From Octopus vulgaris (taxonomy: Eukaryota): a DNA stretch of 64,000 nucleotides. The notes under the pieces were generated by a model. It did no database searches. It was not told where the DNA came from and saw nothing but the letters and a program-made list of their open reading frames with translations. Shown here one piece after another: positions 46,260 to 60,892 of this stretch. The position numbers were made by a program, and so were the translations under genes. The stretch covers positions 38,254,001 to 38,318,000 of the forward strand of contig OX597829.1 of the NCBI GenBank assembly GCA_951406725.2, read 5' to 3'. The number at the start of each line of letters is the position of its first letter. Position 1 is the first letter of the stretch.

Positions 46260-46656
46260 GTTACAAATTTTGGCACAAGGCCAGCAATTTCGAGAGATGG
46301 GATAAGTCGATTACATCGACCCCCAGTACTCAACTGATACTTATTTTATCGACCCCGAAAGTATGAAAGGCGAAGTTGACTTTGGTAGAATTTGAACTCA
46401 GAACGTAAAGTTGGACGAAATACCTATTTCTTTACTACCGACAAGGGGCTAAACATAGAGAGGACAAACAAGGACAGACAAACGGATTAAGTCGATTATA
46501 TCGACCCCAGTGCGTAACTGGTACTTATTTAATCGACCCCGAAAGGATGAAAGGCAAAGTCGACCTCGGCGGAATTTGAACTCAGAACGTAACGGCAGAC
46601 GAAATACGGCTACGCATTTCCCCCGGCGTGCTAACGTTTCTGCCAGCTCGCCGCCT
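46260..46656 (-). mobile_element. Young SINE family A copy (46421-46656) joined to a truncated older copy
   Basis: The intact consensus-like copy is followed by a second body starting at TTCGTC. Confidence 0.9.
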
Positions 46657-46939
46657 TTATTCTACTATAAAATATTGTAAGGACTCTACCTTGTACTCTG
46701 CAATGGGCTCTTCCACAACGTTTACTATGGACTATTCTATGTACTCTACAATAAACTCTTCCACGTCATCGACCATGAGCTCTTGTATGGACTCTCCTAA
46801 GAAATATTCTATATACTCTGATATGTATAAAGCTTATTATGAACTCCTGTACGTCCTCTGTAATGAACTACACTATGAAATAATTGTTGTAAATGCCAGA
46901 CAATCTCCATCTTACTCTGATTCGAAATTTGACCATTTA

Positions 46940-46994
<55 letters not shown>

Positions 46995-47113
46995 ACAAAC
47001 GACGAAGCCTCTACACAGACGTTCATCTGCTAGACACACACACACACACACACACACACACGAACGAACAAACGATGAAGCCTCTACACAGACGTTCTTC
47101 TGCTAGACACAGC

Positions 47114-47329
47114 TATTTACTACCCACAAGGGGCTAAACACAGAGAGGACAAACAAGGGCAGACAAACGGATTAAGTCGATTATATCGACCCCAGTGCGT
47201 AACTGGTACTTAATTTATCGACTTCGAAAGGATGAAAGGCAAAGTCGACCTCGGCGGAATTTGAACTCAGAACGTAATACTCCTAAGCATCTCGCCCGGC
47301 GTGCTAACGTTTCTGCCAGCTCGCCGCCT
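47114..47329 (-). mobile_element. SINE family A with target-site duplication
   Basis: TSD ctagacacagc at 47103-47113 and 47336-47346. Confidence 0.88.
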
Positions 47330-48106
47330 TTCGTCCTAGACACAGCAATCTACAAACTTCTAACAGAATCTCAATCCTACAGCTAACTTTAATATACGAA
47401 GAATCCAGGACGACGTAATCCTCGATATAAACAGTGTCTGAAAAAAATCAACTCAGATTAGATGGTCACGTCTGGAATACTTTAATCATAATGTTACATG
47501 ATCAATGCTGAACCATAGTTAAACAACCGTAACAACTACAATTAGCAATTAACATGAGTTCATAAATATCCAAAAAATGAACTATTAGGCATTAAATTGT
47601 CAACATATACATAATTTCAATACCGTTTTCATATAGTTTACGTTTCTTTTGCACTGTTTTCCGTTTCTTCTTTCTATTTTATTTTATTTTTTTTGTACGT
47701 TTAAAAGAAATCTATTTATATTCATTGGGGGAAGAAAAAGTTATTTCGCATAATTAGCTATTCCAAAGTTAAATGTCAAAGAGTCAATGAAATGTCATAT
47801 TAAATTCTGACCTCTTAAAGAAACTCCATACTGACCTGAGAACGAAAACACGCAGCAACACACACACACAGAAAAGGAGGAAAGAAAAGAAAAGAAAAAT
47901 GGTACTGCATTTCTAGAAATCTCAGTCAGATATCTGAATATAGAACTCTTCTTTTGAAGATTTCTCTCTCACACACCTGCGTTTCAAACTTTAGCATTTC
48001 TTCCGGTTGGGGGTTCTTTGAAAAAGGCCAATTACCATGTTGTGAATCACTCAATGTTAGCTACACACAAAATAACCACTTAACCAAGCACACATACGCA
48101 CGCACG

Positions 48107-48168
<62 letters not shown>

Positions 48169-48183
48169 TGCACAAACACATAC

Positions 48184-48230
<47 letters not shown>

Positions 48231-48446
48231 CATACATACATACATACATATATGTATACTTTTCTTATCTCATATGTATGTATGTATATATATATATATA
48301 TGTAAATATATATATATACTTTTCCTTATATGTCTATGTGTGTGTGAGTGAGAGAGAGAGAGTATGTGTGTGTAGATAAATACATAAGTATACACAGACA
48401 TGCTTCTAACGTTTGTACGTATCTGTAGGTTGCATGCATATCTGAT

Positions 48447-48502
<56 letters not shown>

Positions 48503-49213
48503 TGTATTCATAAGTGTTTCAATATGTTTAAGTGTTACAACGCATATTTATACTAATTTAATGTACACTTGTTTCTGATGAGACAGACATTCAGACAGTC
48601 AGAAACGGTCTGCAAGTATGCATTTCTATATGTATGTATCTGACATAGGAATATATGGAATATGTTGTACACAGATGCACATATGCACACACACACATAT
48701 ACACACACTCGCACAAATATATGCATGTGTGCATGTGTCTGCATGCGTATATGTCTGAGTATAAGTTCTTATACATGTGTGCGTATACAATTTACACGTG
48801 TGTGTCTTTGTGACTATATATGTGTGAGTCTGCGTGCGTGCGTGTATCTGTGTGTGTATTTGTCATGCATTTGCGTATAGATATGCAATAACATATACGT
48901 ATACTTGTCTGCATATATTTTCATATAGAAATGAAGATATCTGAACAATACGCGTGTGTAGCATACGCTACGAATGTACATCCGTCACGACAGTATATTT
49001 TGGCTAAAATGCCATACCGTGATTGGATATGTATGTATGTCTAAGAAAACATTACAGCTCTCGCAAAGTCCTTTGACCTTTACAAGCTTTGGTTTATGTT
49101 TTTTTTTTTTTTATTTGCGTGCACAATACAATTGAAAGTTAGAAAAATTGCATGTTATTCAACCGCAGCAATACCACGACTCCATTCTTCCCCCTCTCCC
49201 ATTCTCCCTTTTC

Positions 49214-49280
<67 letters not shown>

Positions 49281-49596
49281 TGCCTCCTATGATATTCATT
49301 TATATGTCTTCTTTTGGTTTCCTTCGAATAACTGGTTAAACACACCCACAGTTATTCCAGTAATATTTACATAACAGGTATCTTTTTACGCATGTATATT
49401 CATTCACACGAACATACGCAGTTGTTATTGTATCTAAGACTAAATACATGAATCATTTTAATTTGTTTTTCTCCATTTTTTTCTTTCGATTTTCTGACTA
49501 AAATCTTCGCAAGTCTACTCATTGTAATCAGCACAATGCCACACAGCATTGTCTTCACTTTGGTTCACTCTTTCTTTTCATTTTAATTTATCATCA

Positions 49597-49632
<36 letters not shown>

Positions 49633-49636
49633 TCAC

Positions 49637-49669
<33 letters not shown>

Positions 49670-49844
49670 ATCATTTCATTTATGCACAACTAATCGAAAA
49701 AAATTCATAACATCGAGATACAACAAGTAACCTTCTTCTTTTTCTTCTTCTTCTTCTTCTTCTTCTTCTTCTTCTTCTTCTTCTTCTTCTTCTTCTTCTT
49801 CTTCTTCTTCTTCTTCTTCTTCTTCTTCTTCTTCTTTTTTTTTT

Positions 49845-50462
<618 letters not shown>

Positions 50463-50474
50463 GTTATTATTTAG

Positions 50475-51066
50475 TAGTTTTATTTTTATAGCGTGCTTTC
50501 ACTTCACTACCGAGCGCAGCTCTGTGTGCCTTAGTTTGTGCTGTGATTTGTTGTGATGCTCTGATGGTTATTGTATGGAAAGTGTTCTGCGTAGGATGTG
50601 TGCAGTGCCTAGTAGTGCAATTTTCTGTATGTTATATGTGTTTGTAAGTCCTGGTGTTTTTGTTATGTATTTGTCTGAATATTTTTTTATCATGCCTAAT
50701 GCGCCTACTATGATAGGAATTGTTTCTGTTTTTAGATTCCACATTCTGGTTACCTCTATTTCCAGGTCTTTGTATTTTGAAAGTTTCTCCATTTCTTTTA
50801 GAGACACGTTGTCATCAGCCGGTATTGATACATCAATTAGAAAGCATTTTTTTCTTCGTGATCTTTGACAACTATATCTGGTCTGTTGGCCTTAATTTCT
50901 CTATCTGTGTGTATCGGCATATCCCAGAGTATGGTTGCTTTCTCGTTTTCTGTGACCTATTCTGGTGTGTGCCTATACCATCTTTTTTCTGTTGTTATTC
51001 CATAATGTTGGCATAGCTTCCAATGTATGTAGGTTCTAACTCTGTCATGTCTGTGAATATATTCCT
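50475..51066 (-). pseudogene. R4/Dong-like 3' fragment (RLE domain) between (TAA)n tracts
   Basis: Translates to KEYIHRHD..IHWKLC, ILWDMPIHTDREIKANRPDIVV..CFLIDVSIP and EKLSKYKDLEIEV..IIVGALG. Confidence 0.9.
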
Positions 51067-51120
51067 TTATTATTATTACTATTATTATTATTATCATTAT
51101 TATTATTATTATTATCATCA

Positions 51121-51202
<82 letters not shown>

Positions 51203-52444
51203 CATCATCATCATCATCATCATCGTCATCGTCGTTATTATAAAAGCAGCGAGCAGGTATTTTCTACAGTAAAGGCGGCGAACTGGCAAAATCGTTAGCA
51301 CGTCGAACAAAATGTTTAAACCAAATATTTAAACAAAGTCGACCTCGGCGGAAACTGAACTCAGAATGTAAAGACAGGTGATTTTGATCGGCGCGCTAGC
51401 TATTCTGGCAGCTAACCGCCGTTACTGTAGGAAATATTGAGAATACTGTTGGTTAGCTCATAATCAAATTTGGTAATCCGTTTGGCACGCCATCTTCTCT
51501 GTATTGAAACCTATTAGTTCACATCTTGTGATTACAGCTCAATGTAATCCTCTCTTCTCTTTCACACTCACGCACGCACACACACGTGCACTCGCGAGCG
51601 AACACATCGTTAGCATCTGTCAGCAGATATATGTTCATCCAACATGTTCGGAGACCGCGTAAATATCCTTCATTACAACATAATCTCGTCCAAAAGTACT
51701 GGAACACGGACAGTATGCATTAAAAGTAAAAGTATATTCGCCTACAACAAATCGCTTCAGTCGAACAACATTCAGTAGAAAATCTTTACAATTTCATATA
51801 ACTACCGACGCCCAGCTTACCTGTGCTACAGACGAAGTAGAATTATTATCGAAAGTATTCAAAAGATATTTCTATCATATCTACTTATCCGGGACTTCAT
51901 TTTCATATGTGTTCGTCTTTATTTAAGTTAATATGTGATTTCGGGCAAATTTTGATTGCTATCTCTAGCATATCAAGTGAATCGCATAGAGGCTGCCTCG
52001 TTGCAAGTTATTTATCCAAGTTCTTCCTACAGAAGGAGCTACTACACTGTTGTTCGATCTGCTATAATTAGCTACAAATCAACCCCAGGACTTATCTATT
52101 AAGCCTAGAACTTATTCTATCAGTCTCTTTCACCGATCCACTAAGTTACTGGGACATAAACGTACCAACACCTGTTGTCAATTGGTGATGGGGGAACACA
52201 AAAACAGACACAAAGATAGACACAGATATATAAACACACACACACCACACACACACACACACACCCACACGTATATATGCAAATAAGAATATGGAGAAAC
52301 AAATTCATTTCGATCATCAACTTGCGGATATTACAATTTCACATTATTAATTAATTATACAAATGAGAACATCAAAATCGAATAAAACAATATACATCAA
52401 TATGTAAAATAATAATAAAAATAATAAAAATACAAATAAAATGC

Positions 52445-52576
52445 TCCTTACAGCTGTTTCAGCCTATGGTTAAGAGACAGTTCAACTTAAATTGCCTATA
52501 GATGCCATTGTAATATAGTCCTAGGCATTAAAGATTATATTTGTCTGTTTAAATAACCAAAGGCCTCATCAGAGGA
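52445..52576 (-). ncRNA. Type I hammerhead with extended stem II
   Basis: Reverse-complement copy of 53019-53150. Confidence 0.8.
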
Positions 52577-52689
52577 TATACATAACTAGAAAAGTATAAT
52601 AATAATATTGATATATAAAAAAAACATGCTTCACATACCATCCAATAAAAACAAGAAAATAAATAATAAGACAGATATTCAAAATACAT

Positions 52690-52733
<44 letters not shown>

Positions 52734-52857
52734 TTAAACACATATATTGTTCAATGTTGTTCTTTATGTATTTTGCACATGTGATTACTATGTACGATTT
52801 GCCTATGTATGTATATGTATGTATATTTGTATATTTTATATGTATATATGTGTTTAT

Positions 52858-52907
<50 letters not shown>

Positions 52908-53018
52908 GTATTTTGAATATTTGTCTTATTATTTATTTTCTTGTTTTTATTGGATAGTATGTGAAGCATGTTTTTTTTATATATTAATATTATTATTATA
53001 CTTTTCTAGTTATGTATA

Positions 53019-53150
53019 TCCTCTGATGAGGCCTTTGGTTATTTAAACAGACAAATATAATCTTTAATGCCTAGGACTATATTACAATGGCATCTATAGG
53101 CAATTTAAGTTGAATTGACTCTTAACCATAGGCTGAAACAGCTGTAAGGA
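53019..53150 (+). ncRNA. Type I hammerhead with extended stem II
   Basis: TCCT CTGATGA GGCCTTTGGTTA-[81 nt]-TAACCATAGGCT GAAA CAGCTG TA AGGA. Confidence 0.8.
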
Positions 53151-53506
53151 GCAGTTTATTTTTATTATTATTATTATATTACATATTGATGTATATTGTT
53201 TGTTCGATTTCGATGTTCCCATTTGTATAATTAATAAATAATGTGAAATTGTAATATCCGCAAGTTGATGATCGAAATTAATTTGTTTCTCCACTTTCTT
53301 ATTTGTATTATGAATTTACGGTAAAAATATTTTTTACCTTCACCCATTCAATACAATAAATGAATTAATTGCATTGCAATTAAAAGCATTTATGTATTTA
53401 GTATTTGGGTACTTTACCAGCAGTATATTGGATAACTGATACCCCATAGTGGGTTACTTTCATAACCCCTATCTTACTTTGTACTATATATATATATATA
53501 TATATA

Positions 53507-53660
53507 TGACGGGATTCTCTCAGTTTCCGTCTACCAAATCCACTAACAAGGCTTTGGTCGGCCCGAGGCTACAGTAGAAGATACTTGTCCAAGGTGCTAC
53601 ACAGTGGACTGAACCCGGAACTATGTGTTTGGGAAGCAAGCTTCTTACCACACAGCCATC
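53507..53660 (-). mobile_element. SINE family B, 5' part
   Basis: Head and CORE-like segment. Confidence 0.8.
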
Positions 53661-53773
53661 CATGCATAATATCTTCAAAAAAAAAAGAATCCTCAGTGCA
53701 CATTGATTCCCCTGAGTTTGCACCATTTTGGATAAATATACTACGTTAGAGAGAAGAAAAGAGAGAGGGAGGG

Positions 53774-53822
<49 letters not shown>

Positions 53823-55173
53823 TTTATATTTGAAGGCTGTTTTAAATATAACCTAAATCTAATGAGGCTGAACTAAAGAAAGCTTTTTTTTTTATTAATA
53901 AATGGAAAAATGTAATCATTTTTTTTTTCTGAAAATGTACTTATAAAAGTATGGTATATAATTGTAAACTGACCTTTCAAATGACTTTTATATTTTATTA
54001 AAAATATAATATAATACTCGTCAACAAAAATGTATATTTTTAATGAAAAAATTTATATTTCTTCGAGAAGGCCACACTTAAGAGCTTCAAATGTCATAGG
54101 TTCCCCACCCTTTAATTGAGCTAAAGTAATTCTAAATATAATATACCAGAAGAGAAGATGGAATGGCCGCAACTATAATGCAGTTGAATGATGACAACTC
54201 GATGCACATTAACAGTAAAAGAACTGGAGCAAAAGAGATGCTTCTACCTGCGTGCTGCGAACCTTTTGGATCAAACATGACGTGAGGCTTACACAACTAA
54301 AATAGTCATACAGAAATTGACTAGTCAACCGCCAGAGAATAGTACATTGGGTCCGTCTTAATGCATCTCCTATTATTAACCACTGGCATCAATTAATTGG
54401 CGATTGTAGTTACATACCCTGTGTAAGACAGTTCAGATGAACGATTACACAAATCAGAGTTGAGCAGACGGTTTATTTGAGTGGAAGGTGACTGGCGAAT
54501 CCTGAGTTACAAATATGGTGTATCGCATGCCATGTCGATAGACCTGTTGCTATAAGACAATAACAGTAACAAGAAGCTACGACAACAGACTGGAAAGTGG
54601 AGGGAGCGCAACATATCTAGGCGGCTTACATTGCATCAAATACAGTTTAGCGCTGCGTGTATAAGTCATATGGGCCATAATTGACTTGGGGCTATAAAAC
54701 TACAAGAACAACAATAATGATAGCAACAATAACCAGTCACACGGTGCTTCCAGATGCTTAATAAATGCGTGACAACAGAGAAATAATGAGCAACTAGTAT
54801 ATTTTGGACCTAATTCAATCCCTATCGAGATTTGTGCGGACACTTAGGCTGTCGAACCCAATTTAAACTTGAGAAATGCCTGTACTTATGTGTGAGTGTG
54901 GGTGTGTGGGTAGGAGGTATCTATACGAATCTATATAAAATGTCTGCGTATGTGTTTATGTATATATTTGTGTATATGTGTGTATGTGTTTATGCGGGCC
55001 TATTTACATGCTTATGTTTGTATGTGTGTGCCGAGAATTGCGTGAGAATATAAAACTGTGTCATTACTTTGAAATACCTAATTTTGGTCACTTGACCTAT
55101 ATATATATATACCAATGTCAAATACATACATATACACAGACGCGCAAACACAGCATCTATGCATACATAAGCA

Positions 55174-55215
<42 letters not shown>

Positions 55216-55762
55216 TTCATGTATGCGTGCATGTATGTGCACGCGCATGTATCTGAGTTTAAGTACCCATATGTGTGCGTGTGTGTGTGTGTGTATGCGT
55301 ATGTAATTTACACATGCGTGCCTGCATGTGACGGTATATGTATGTGTTTGTGTGTGCAAGTATATATACTTGCATATATGTGCTTGTGTGTGTTGTATTC
55401 CTATGGTGAGTAGGTATGTGTGTGCGTGCGTGCGTATGTGTGTGTGTACGTGTGTGTGTGTGTGTGTGCGCGCGCGTGCATGCGTGTGTAGTTGCTGTCC
55501 GCACAGTTTCTTTCTGTCAGCTTCAAGGGCAATCACACTTGACCGCAAATGTGAACCACCACTTTCTTAATACTTAATTATTTTCTCTAAAATAATAAAC
55601 AAATTTTTGTCTTATTTTGTTTTTATTTTTTTATTTTACTTTTTTTTATCGTTATTAAAAATCTAACTAATTAAAAAGCTACTTCTCCTTCTTAAAAAAA
55701 ATAAGTCTCTCTGATATAGGCGCAAAGCCTGGAATTTGAAGGCGTGGCGGTGAGTCGATACC

Positions 55763-55995
55763 TATTTCTTTACTACCCACAAGGGGCTAAACACAGAGAG
55801 GACAAACAAGGACAGACAAACGGATTAAGTCGATTATATCGACCCAAGTGCATAACTGGTACTTAATTTATCAACCCCAAAAGGATGAAAGGCAAAGTCG
55901 ACCTCGGCGGAATTTGAACTCAGAACGTAACGGCAGACGAAATACGGCTAAGCATTTCGCCCGGCGGGTTAACGGTTCTGCCAGCTCGCCGCCTT
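55763..55995 (-). mobile_element. Young SINE family A inserted in an older copy, with target-site duplication
   Basis: TSD ggtgagtcgatacc at 55749-55762 and 55997-56010. Confidence 0.9.
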
Positions 55996-56921
55996 TGGTG
56001 AGTCGATACCGTCAACTCTGATACATAACTGGTACCTTATTTTATCGCCGAGACGCACAGCACAGAGGTTAAGGGTGTTGCAATCGTGATCGTAGGTTTG
56101 TGGTTTCGATTCCTGGACTGGGCGATGCATTGTGTTCTGGAACAAAACACTTCATTTCGCGTTGCTCCAGTCTAATCAGATGGTAACAATACGTAATCCT
56201 GCAACAGACCGGGAGCTCGTGCAGGGGAAGAATACACACACCACAGAATCCGGGAAAACGGTTTTATGAGCCCACGGCTAGGAAAGGACGTTTGCTCTTT
56301 TTCTTTTCTTTTACTATTTTTTTTTTATCAATCTCGAAAGGATGAATAGTAAAGTTTACTTCAGCGGGAATTGAACTCTGACTGTATACAGTCTGAAGAA
56401 AACTGCGAGGCATTTTTTCCCAAATGCCCTGACAACTCTTCTACTCCACCGGTTTCAAATTTCGCACAAGGCCAACAATTTTAGTGGCGGAGAGTTGTCG
56501 ATAAAATTTTATCAACCTAGAAAGAATGAAAAGTAACATTGACCTCACTGAGATTCGATCTGAGTAAGTTAAATACCTTGAAGACAAACTACCAGGTATT
56601 TTCGTCTGACACTGTAAACGATTTCTGCAAATCCACCATCAGATACAATTCGGAATATGCATGAGAAAACTACTGAGTGCTCTGTATTTTGTCTGATTAA
56701 ACATTTCAAGACAATCAAAATTTGGTGGAGATATTCAGTAATGGATATTAGATATTTTGAGCACAATTCTGTGTGTGTATGACAGAGGAGATAGCTACAT
56801 AACAGCAACTGAATGTCTCTCTCTCCTTCACTTTCTCTCTCTCCTTCACTCTCTCCCTCTCCCTCTCTCGCTCACTTTCTCAATATGTATATATATATAT
56901 ATATATATATACATTCTACAC

Positions 56922-56992
<71 letters not shown>

Positions 56993-57118
56993 TGTATACA
57001 TCCTATATATATATATATAGGTGGTGCTATTAAGTTAGACATGGCCTGGACCAATCTTTGGTCGAAACATATCTAAGTTTATCTAAGTTTATATATATAT
57101 ATATATATATATATACAT

Positions 57119-57164
<46 letters not shown>

Positions 57165-57279
57165 GCATATATATATATTCTATACATCCTATATGTATAT
57201 ATACATGCATATATAAACCTACACATGTATGTATATATATATACATATATGTATAAACCTACACATATATGTATATATA

Positions 57280-58569
57280 CGAGGGGCGTTCAATAAGTAA
57301 TGCCCCTGACCCACTTCCCATACCAGTAGAGCAACGAAACTTGGCACAGTTATTAGTCTTTTTCCACATAGGAACCACCCAGAGTTACGCATTTCTCCCA
57401 TTGTTTGATGCGGCTCTGGAGACCGTTTTTGTAGAAGAACCCAGCTTGGTCCTCCAACCTCAACGTGACTTCAGAAATCAAGGCGGCATCATCTGGGAAA
57501 CGCTTTCCTTTCAAAAACAACTTCGTGATTGGGAAGAGGTGAAAATCAGAGGGTGCAAGGTCAGGAAAGTAGGGGGGATGGGGAGGAGTTCATAGCCATA
57601 CGCCTGTGCTGCTGATCTGGCGACAAGCGAGTTGTGGACCGGAGCGTTGTCCTGCAGGAGGAGGATGCCTTTGCTGATCTTGCCCCGCCTCTTGATTTTG
57701 ATAACTTCTCTTAATTTCCTCAGAAGTGAAGCAGAATAGGCTCCTGCAATTGTGGTACCCTTTGCCAGGAAATCTGTCATCACTACTCCGTCCTGGTCCC
57801 AGAAGACTGTGAGCATGACCTTGCCAGCGGAGAGCTGCACCCTTGCCTTCTTTGGAGGGGGTGAGTCACGGTGCTTCCACTGCATTGACTGGGCTTTGGT
57901 CTCTGGATCATCGTGATGGACCCAGGTTTCATCCTGTGTAATCAGTCTTTTGAAAAATTTTGACTCATCTTCTTGGCACATCTCCAAATTCACCCTCGAG
58001 CACTCGACGCGTTCTTGCTTCTGGAAAGGTGTGAGCGACCTGGGAATCCATCTGGCAGACACCCTTTGCATATGCAAATGGTCATGAATGATAGTTTCCA
58101 CAGACCCGGTACTAATCTTGACCTCATGGGCTATTTGGCGAATAATTATGCGTCGATCTTCCAAAATGGCAGCCTCAACTTGACGGACAGATGCCTCATC
58201 AATGGCAGAAGGGGCGACCAGATCTGGGAGCTGTTTCCACAGAGTTCCGACCATGTTTGAATTCACGATGCCAGCGTTTTACAAGGTCATATGATGGGGC
58301 ATCATCACCGTAAGTTACTTTCATTTCATCAAAAGTCTCCCGTGGTGTGCGTCCTTTCAAATACAAAAACCGGATCACTGGTCGACACTCAACAGGCTCC
58401 ATTTCACACTTGACTCGGTTCAAACACCTGTAAATCAGAAACCACAATTAATTCAGAGCTGTAATTTGCCACTTACTCTATAGAGATATAAATAATTGCA
58501 CATGCAAAATTTCAGCTAGATCAAACAACTGCAAGTGGGTCAGAGGCATTACTTATTGAACGTCCCTCG
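57280..58569 (-). mobile_element. Full-length mariner DNA transposon (1290 bp), irritans-like TIRs, TA target duplication
   Basis: TIR cgaggggcgttcaataagtaatgcccctgacccactt on the left and aagtgggtcagaggcattacttattgaacgtccctcg on the right. TA at 57278-57279 and 58570-58571. Confidence 0.95.
57353..58402 (-). pseudogene. Mariner D,D34D transposase with two frameshifts
   Basis: MEPVECR..., PRSGRP, ARWIPRSL, ITQDETWVH, LLQDNAPVH, HPPYFPDLAPSDFHLF, GGSYVEKD*. Frameshifts lie near 58210 and 57580. Confidence 0.93.
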
Positions 58570-59293
58570 TACATGAATATATGGGTACAGGACGTCAAAA
58601 ATGTGAACAAAATGAGAAACGAGAAAATAAAAAACAAAAACATAGAAAGCAAACTTTTTTTCGAACAACGAAAGAAACAAATAGAGAAACGAGACGGGCA
58701 ACATAAAGAACACCCCCTTCATCAGTTGTCCCCTGTTTTATCTACTCACAAGACTCTAGGCAATGATAAAAGACACTTGCCGAAAATGCCACGGAGAATC
58801 GATCACAGTTTCATCCAGTCATACACTCAACACACACACAACCTTGTCATGGTTGAGTGGCAAGGAAATTCGCTTCGCAACCACATGTCTTTGGGCAAGT
58901 GTCTTCTACTGTTGCTTCCATTTGACCAACGTCTTGTAGTGAAATTAGTAGACGAAAACTTCGTGGAAGCCAATCGCATACGTGTGTGTGTGTGCATGTG
59001 TATGTCTGTGTGTGTGTGTGGGTGTGCGTGTTCGTGTGTGTGTTTGTGTGTGTATGTGTATGTGTGTAAGTGTTTGTTTGTATCTGCCTATACGTCTGGT
59101 TTCATGTTTAATACTGCATGAAAAAAGAAACAGGTTTATGTCCCATAACTTAGCGGTGCGATGTATATAAATCGTTAAAATAAGTACCAGACTTTGAACC
59201 ATTGAAACTCTTAAAGACAGGTTCTCAGTTTGGCTGCAGTTTATTGACTGAAACGAGTAAAAGAGTGAAAGGGTATCCACATATTGAATGCAG

Positions 59294-59524
59294 TTAGCTG
59301 GCAGAAACGTTAGCACGCCGGACGAAATGCGTAGCTGTTTTTCGTCTGCCGTTACGTTCTGAGTTCAAATTCCGCCGAGGTCCACTTTGCCTTTCATCCT
59401 TTCGGGGTCGATAAATTAAGTACCAGTTACGCACTGGGGTCGATATAATCGACTTCATCCGTGTGTCTGTCCTTGTTTGTCCTCTCTGTGTTTAGCCCCT
59501 TGTGGGTAGTAAAGAAATAGGTAT
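59294..59524 (+). mobile_element. SINE family A, young copy
   Basis: Near-consensus head, central domain and tail. Confidence 0.9.
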
Positions 59525-60269
59525 ACACATATACACATATACATATACGTGCATACAAATATACAAACATGCCTATTTGCGTGAATGAGTGTGTTTGCAT
59601 GTGAGCGAGAGGAATGGTGGGGAGAGGGAGAGAGAGAAAAAGAAAGAGAGTAATTGTATGTAGTTATCCAATAAGTTTTTATAATTTTTCATCTGGAAGA
59701 ACTGAATTGTGATTCAATCTAAGTAGAGATGCCCTTCGCTTGATCAAAAAATGATTTGTTGTATGCCACGATGGCGTCTTTGCAATCCTATCAGAAGCTG
59801 AGGGTCCAAGACCATCAATGTGTGTGCACGTCTGTCTGTTTGTTTGTCTGTCTGTCAGTGTCTAGGCATGTATGTACGCATTTGTGCGTATATCTATGTA
59901 CATGCATGTATGTGTGCGTCTGTTGTTATCTTTTAACTTTACATAAGTCTCCATCTGGAAGACTACATTCAGCAGGTTGCGGCCATGCTAAAGCACCGCC
60001 TTGAAGGCGATCCCAGTACATTTTTTAAAAAAATTCTGCTACTTACTATATCGGTGTATTTTACCTAACAAATAAGTTACGCGGAACATAAACAAACCAA
60101 CACCGGTTGGCGAGCGCTGGTGGGGGAAAAGCACAAGCACAAAGGCATACACAAATGCACATATATGTGTGTGTGTGTGTGTGTGTATGTGTGCGTGTGT
60201 AAGCGCATGTATGTATGTATGTATTTATGTACATATATAGTTGGAGCTTACAAAAAACAAAACAAAAAA

Positions 60270-60445
60270 AAAGACAAAAGACGAAGACTGTTGTGTAAAC
60301 AACAAGCAGATGTATTAGTTTAACGCTCAGGAAGTGAGAAAGACTTTTACGTTTCGAGCCTACGCTCTTCAACGGAAAGGGACACAGAAATAAGTAGAGA
60401 GAGAAAATAAAAAGGGTTTAGTGGCTAGCTATCTATCGTGGCGAA
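60270..60445 (-). mobile_element. Penelope-like fragment of the 24-kb family; hammerhead-like motif at 60344-60379
   Basis: Homologous to 24146-24349. Minus strand reads CTTT CCGTTGA A GAGC-GTAG-GCTC GAAA CG TA AAAG. Confidence 0.65.
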
Positions 60446-60447
60446 TA

Positions 60448-60492
<45 letters not shown>

Positions 60493-60685
60493 TCTGTTGT
60501 GCGTTTCAGCCCTAAGTCTGTGGCCATTTTAAATTCGTTTATGGTAACATTAGGGGTATGCAAATAAAGCTCCTATTTCATTATACCAGCTACCCTCAAA
60601 TGATACTGACTAGCAAGTCAGTTTCTCGGAATTGCATAACAGTTATACCAATATAATGTAGGATAAATATAATAATAATAATAAT

Positions 60686-60880
60686 TCTAGGATGGAACTT
60701 ATAAATATTTAATACATCGCTACGCGCGTTTTCACAAATTGCTTGATTTTAACATCAGAGTTTGCATCCTTGGGATGTGTACAGTTATAGTCTGTAGTAT
60801 CCGTGGGCATCCGGTTGGTCATCATTATTGATTTATTTCATCAGGCGATACTGCATTAGTAGATGAATCACAGAGGGATA
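60686..60880 (-). mobile_element. Penelope-like fragment with a large hammerhead-like motif (60716-60849)
   Basis: Minus strand reads ATCGC CTGATGA A ATAAAT...ATTTGT GAAAA CGCGCG TA GCGAT. Second copy of the 42123 family. Confidence 0.6.
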
Positions 60881-60892
60881 CTCTTTTACTAG

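Larger units (their letters stand above)
52281..53304. mobile_element. Penelope-like element as a ~400-bp inverted pair, each arm with a hammerhead
   Basis: Arms at about 52281-52690 and 52905-53304 are highly similar reverse complements separated by (TA)/(CA) repeats. Confidence 0.85.
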
